A stretch of 29,520 nt of DNA from a virus (Duplodnaviria; Caudoviricetes), in IMG/VR virus record IMGVR_UViG_3300017646_000100, positions 1-29,520 of that record, one strand, 5' to 3'. The notes below the pieces were generated by a model. The model searched no databases, was not told where the DNA came from, and saw nothing but the letters and a program-made list of their open reading frames with translations. A program made the position numbers and the translations under genes. This document shows positions 26,360 through 29,520 of the stretch, one piece after another. Numbering within the stretch: position 1 is the first letter of the stretch; every line of letters starts with the position of its first letter.

Positions 26360-26547
26360 TCGCGCCGGAACGAAGCAGACGGAGTCGCTTCGTAGGTCAC
26401 CAGCTTGCGCCCGCAATGCCGACATTCCTTGCGGCGGCGAATGCGGCCGTCGGGCAGTGGTTCGGTATGGGTGGTGTAGAAGTGGCGGCAACCGCATTGA
26501 GGACATTCGATGCCGCGTCGAGGCGTATCCGGTTTGGAGGCTTTCAT
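26353..26547 (-). CDS. Stand-alone Zn-ribbon protein resembling the NrdR N-terminal DNA-binding domain
   Basis: 64 aa; ATG overlaps the terminase TGA (ATGA). CPQCG...IRRRKECRHCGRKLVTYE. No ATP-cone domain. Confidence 0.78.
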   Translation of the reverse strand: MKASKPDTPRRGIECPQCGCRHFYTTHTEPLPDGRIRRRKECRHCGRKLVTYEATPSASFRRDC

Positions 26548-28814
26548 TGTCGTCGCCTCCTCTGGAGATCGGCGAAGCTTACGCGCTCTCGCTTGATCGG
26601 CGTCACGATTCCGCCGGAACCGGCTAGCACCGCTCCCTGGATCGACGCCCCCACCGCACAGCCGACGAGACAATCGAACCAGTGGTTGTCACCTCGTTCG
26701 GGACGCTGTTTCCATTCGTCCACCGTGCGGCCACGTCCCTCAGTCTTGACCCGGTATTCAGAAGTTAGGTGTTCGGCCAGTAGCCGGTGTTGGTCGGGCG
26801 TGTCTCCGAAGAGTGAGAGACAACCCCGGTCGCCCATCGTCACCGCCAACCGGGCATGCACGAAGGTTTTCCAATAGTTCGTGTCGTAAACCGCGTGCCG
26901 AACTGCTCGCTTGCCCGCGACGTTGGGCATCCGCCAGTTGTGGCCCACCCGGTCGCCCGGCCGGCGTTTGTACTCGCTGAACGGTTGGCTCGATGCGCCC
27001 ACGAACCGTCCGTGACTCGGCAGAATGATCCCCGCGTGGGACGATTGGCGGCAGAACTGATAGACCACGTCGGTGCTGGAGCCCCAGTTGGCGTCGATGA
27101 GGCAGCGTTCGATCCGCAGCATGGCTCCATCATCCCGCCGCCATTCTCGTCCCAGGTGGTTGGCCGTCAGCGTCTCCAGGCCCGCATAGATGGAACCTTC
27201 CAACCCCGAGGCCTTGGTGACCACGGCCAGCGTGTGACGGGCGTCGCGGAGCGTGAAGTAAGAACGCTGCTGATCCGGGTAACTGCCGTAGTCGATGACG
27301 TAGCCGGTGAAATCGTCCTCCCAAGCTGCCACGACATAGAACAGCAGCGCCTGTTGCACGTCGATGAACATCGTCAGGTGGTTGCAACCGATCGGGATGA
27401 CGCCGCGGGCGATGCGATTCACCTTGGACGCGATCTGCTCGGACGACAGTTCGTTGTCTCCCTCGATCTCCATTGGTAAAGGTTCGTTCTGGTAGTTGGC
27501 GAAGAAGGCCGCCTCATCTTGGAGTCGCAAATTCATTGCATGTTGAATGGCCGACAGTTCGTCGTGATTGAACCGTTCCGGCCAGGCGATCTCCGCGCCG
27601 GCGTCCATCGCTTCGCGGTCGGCAGCATAAAACTCGGTGGCCAAACGGATGTCGCCGTAGGCCCGCAGGCTTTCCGCCCGCAGTTCGCCATAGCGCTGCC
27701 ACTTCTTTCCGTCCGTGGGAAACGCATAGACCATCTTCGTCCGCTGTCCGTTCCATTCGGGATGCTTGTCGCGGCAGAGGATGTTGTCGGCCATGTCCCC
27801 TGGTCGAATCACGGTGCAGGGCATGATGCCGCTGATCTTCTTGCCGGGACCGGAAAGCCCCAAGATGGCCCCGGCGAGAATGCCTTCCCGCGTGGCGCAC
27901 TGCGACAGCGACCGAGCGCTTTCATCCGTTTGGGGATCGTCGAGCACAACCAACGTGGGCCGCACCGTGTGACCGTCAGCACGTTTGTACTTCATCCCGC
28001 GAATGCGACCCGTAATGCCGGCAACCTTGATGATCGCTCCGCTGGCCACGCTTCCCGGCATGGTGGGCAGCACCACCTCGCGGGCCGTCCAGCCGATATG
28101 CGTGCGCTCTCCGTTGTAAAGTTGGCCGTTGCAGCGGTTCGCGATGCCGTCCAGACATTGGATCGGATACACGACTTCGGGGTAGTCTTCCAGCAGCAGG
28201 TCATTGCCGTCGAGTTCCATCTTGATCGAATCGAGCATGTCCATCGCATGCCCTTCGTCGGAGCCGATCAAGCACACGAACTCGCGATGCCCGTTGAGCG
28301 CGGCCCAGATGCAGGCACATTCACAGATCGTGGTCTTGCCGCTGCCGCGCGGCATGGCCAGCGCGAATAACCCGCCGCGCAGCACCGCCTGCTCGATCTT
28401 CTCCATCACCTTCAGATGGTCGAGCGACCACGGCAAATGAAACGTGAGCGGGAAGTAAGACTCGCAAAAGAATCGGAAGTCCGATGCAGCGAGCCGCTTC
28501 CGTTCAGCGTTGACCACGCTCGGTAGATCACCGATGTCGCGTCCCGCGATGGCGAGCGCCACGTTCCGCGCTCGCGCTCGATCCTTCAGCTTCTCGTAAG
28601 GATCGCCTTCCGGTTCGGGCTTTGGCGCATGGCGCAAATCAACGAGCCAAGCGGCGTAGCGCAGCAGATCGACGAACCTAGCGTCGCCAATGCGAGCGCC
28701 GGCCCGCGTTCGATGGCGATGCAGCTGCCGCTCGTTGATCACTTCGCCCAGCGGCGTCGAGTTCAAGAGACGGCATAGTTCGCTCGGTCGCAACTTGCGC
28801 GGGTCAGTCGCCAC
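26544..28814 (-). CDS. Terminase large subunit (gpA-type C-terminal nuclease) with N-terminal wHTH-like extension
   Basis: 756 aa, GTG start. Walker A MPRGSGKTT, Walker B VVLDDPQ, nuclease motifs MFIDVQ, LIDANWG and NHWFDC. Confidence 0.9.
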   Translation of the reverse strand: MATDPRKLRPSELCRLLNSTPLGEVINERQLHRHRTRAGARIGDARFVDLLRYAAWLVDLRHAPKPEPEGDPYEKLKDRARARNVALAIAGRDIGDLPSVVNAERKRLAASDFRFFCESYFPLTFHLPWSLDHLKVMEKIEQAVLRGGLFALAMPRGSGKTTICECACIWAALNGHREFVCLIGSDEGHAMDMLDSIKMELDGNDLLLEDYPEVVYPIQCLDGIANRCNGQLYNGERTHIGWTAREVVLPTMPGSVASGAIIKVAGITGRIRGMKYKRADGHTVRPTLVVLDDPQTDESARSLSQCATREGILAGAILGLSGPGKKISGIMPCTVIRPGDMADNILCRDKHPEWNGQRTKMVYAFPTDGKKWQRYGELRAESLRAYGDIRLATEFYAADREAMDAGAEIAWPERFNHDELSAIQHAMNLRLQDEAAFFANYQNEPLPMEIEGDNELSSEQIASKVNRIARGVIPIGCNHLTMFIDVQQALLFYVVAAWEDDFTGYVIDYGSYPDQQRSYFTLRDARHTLAVVTKASGLEGSIYAGLETLTANHLGREWRRDDGAMLRIERCLIDANWGSSTDVVYQFCRQSSHAGIILPSHGRFVGASSQPFSEYKRRPGDRVGHNWRMPNVAGKRAVRHAVYDTNYWKTFVHARLAVTMGDRGCLSLFGDTPDQHRLLAEHLTSEYRVKTEGRGRTVDEWKQRPERGDNHWFDCLVGCAVGASIQGAVLAGSGGIVTPIKRERVSFADLQRRRRQ

Positions 28815-29016
28815 GCCCCATCTCCTTCACGAGCCAGGCGACGTAGTGAACCAGGTTGATCGTTCCGTCGGGGTTCGTCGGGGCACCGGCCTTTACGTCG
28901 TCGCGCAGCATCTCTTCGGTTATCGATGGTCCGCCCACCTTGGCCAGCAAGCGCGCCGCGTCTGGCAGCGCCAGCGCCGCGGGATTGATCGGTTTGCGGG
29001 ATTCGTCGCCTGACAT
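28804..29016 (-). CDS. Small wHTH protein at the terminase small subunit position (Nu1-like DNA-binding domain)
   Basis: 70 aa, overlapping the terminase start. AARLL...ITEEML...AGAP...INLVHYVAWL. Confidence 0.7.
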   Translation of the reverse strand: MSGDESRKPINPAALALPDAARLLAKVGGPSITEEMLRDDVKAGAPTNPDGTINLVHYVAWLVKEMGRGD

Positions 29017-29161
29017 GGTTTTAGGCCGCCCTAAATCGCCCGGAAAAAAGCTGCGGAATTCCGCTGCGGATTGCCAATACCGCGCTTGATGTTTTCGACG
29101 CGGGCTGGCTCATGTGTTTGTGTCCGAAGGGGACAAACCACCAACCACGAGGAGCCAAACG

Positions 29162-29413
29162 ATGAACGCGAACAACGACGAGCGTATGAGCGGGGCGGTT
29201 GACCAGGATGCCTTTGAGAAGGTGATCCGCGACAACCTCTCGCCTGAGGCGGTCGCCTCGATCATTGCCTTCCTTCAACCGGCGGCCTTCTACAAGCCGG
29301 CAAACCAAGAGGCGATGCGGGCGCTTCAGCAGGTCGAATGGTTCGCCGACACGCTGACCGCGATGCTCGGCGTCGAGGAGCACAACCGCCTGATGGAAGA
29401 GTTGGGACTGTAA
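29162..29413 (+). CDS. Hypothetical helical protein, divergent from the late operon
   Basis: 83 aa from ATG 29162, with AGGAG RBS at 29150-29154. Confidence 0.75.
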   Translation: MNANNDERMSGAVDQDAFEKVIRDNLSPEAVASIIAFLQPAAFYKPANQEAMRALQQVEWFADTLTAMLGVEEHNRLMEELGL

Positions 29414-29477
29414 GCCGAAACGCGGGCGCGCCCCGCGTCGCCCGGCGGTGGTTCGCCGGGCCTGATGATGGCAGCCA
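29414..29477 (+). ncRNA. Type II hammerhead ribozyme
   Basis: GCC-GAAA (29414-29420); stem III 29420-29426/29432-29438; GUC cleavage triplet 29437-29439; stem I 29440-29447/29454-29461; CUGAUGA 29462-29468; extra U, then GGC closing stem II; possible pseudoknot UGGUU(29449-29453)/AGCCA(29473-29477). Confidence 0.88.
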
Positions 29478-29509
29478 ACCCATCGCGACCATTGACCAGG
29501 AGACGAATC

Positions 29510-29520
29510 ATGTCCAAGAC
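29510..29520 (+). CDS. Start of the next gene (MSK...), truncated by the window edge
   Basis: AGGAG at 29498-29502 followed by ATG at 29510. Confidence 0.5.

Larger units (their letters stand above)
12184..29520 (-). mobile_element. Prophage late region (lambda-like head, non-contractile tail); continues beyond the right edge of the window
   Basis: Canonical order terminase-gpW-portal-protease/capsid-cement-head/tail joining-tail tube-chaperone-tape measure-tail tip. No sheath gene. No integrase, att site or lysis genes recognised in the window. Confidence 0.88.

Noticed and set aside
29086-29115. TTGATG...TCATGT as a sigma70 promoter for the plus-strand ORF
   Set aside because: The -10 match is too poor to call from sequence alone.

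Overview
GC-rich bacterial window (the gene set looks like the lambda-type prophages of Planctomycetota, which is my inference and was not searched). It has two blocks, almost all on the minus strand. (1) 164-11941 is an anti-phage defence operon: an excisionase-like HTH, a SNF2 helicase with DUF3883, a DUF1156 DNA methyltransferase and a DUF499 ATPase (Hma / restriction-like architecture), followed by a fused GmrSD-like DUF262-HNH protein. (2) 12184-29520 is the packaging, head and tail region of a siphovirus-like prophage: small wHTH, terminase, NrdR-like Zn ribbon, gpW-like protein, lambda-type portal, protease-capsid fusion, DUF2190 cement, head-tail proteins, tail tube, chaperone(s), tape measure and tail-tip proteins. 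It ends in a 742-aa Cys-cluster/poly-serine protein translationally coupled to two glycosyltransferase genes (one GT4 domain plus two GT2-type domains). The best candidate for a new system is a phage-encoded virion O-glycosylation module, because the capsid cement and tail tube proteins also carry C-terminal Ser tails. Other highlights are a complete type II hammerhead ribozyme (29414-29477), an NrdR-box-like palindrome on the stop codon of a stand-alone NrdR-type Zn ribbon, a duplicated wHTH fused to the terminase, an internal start in the capsid gene and a candidate -1 frameshift in the tail chaperone. All family calls come from motif recognition by eye; no database searches were run.
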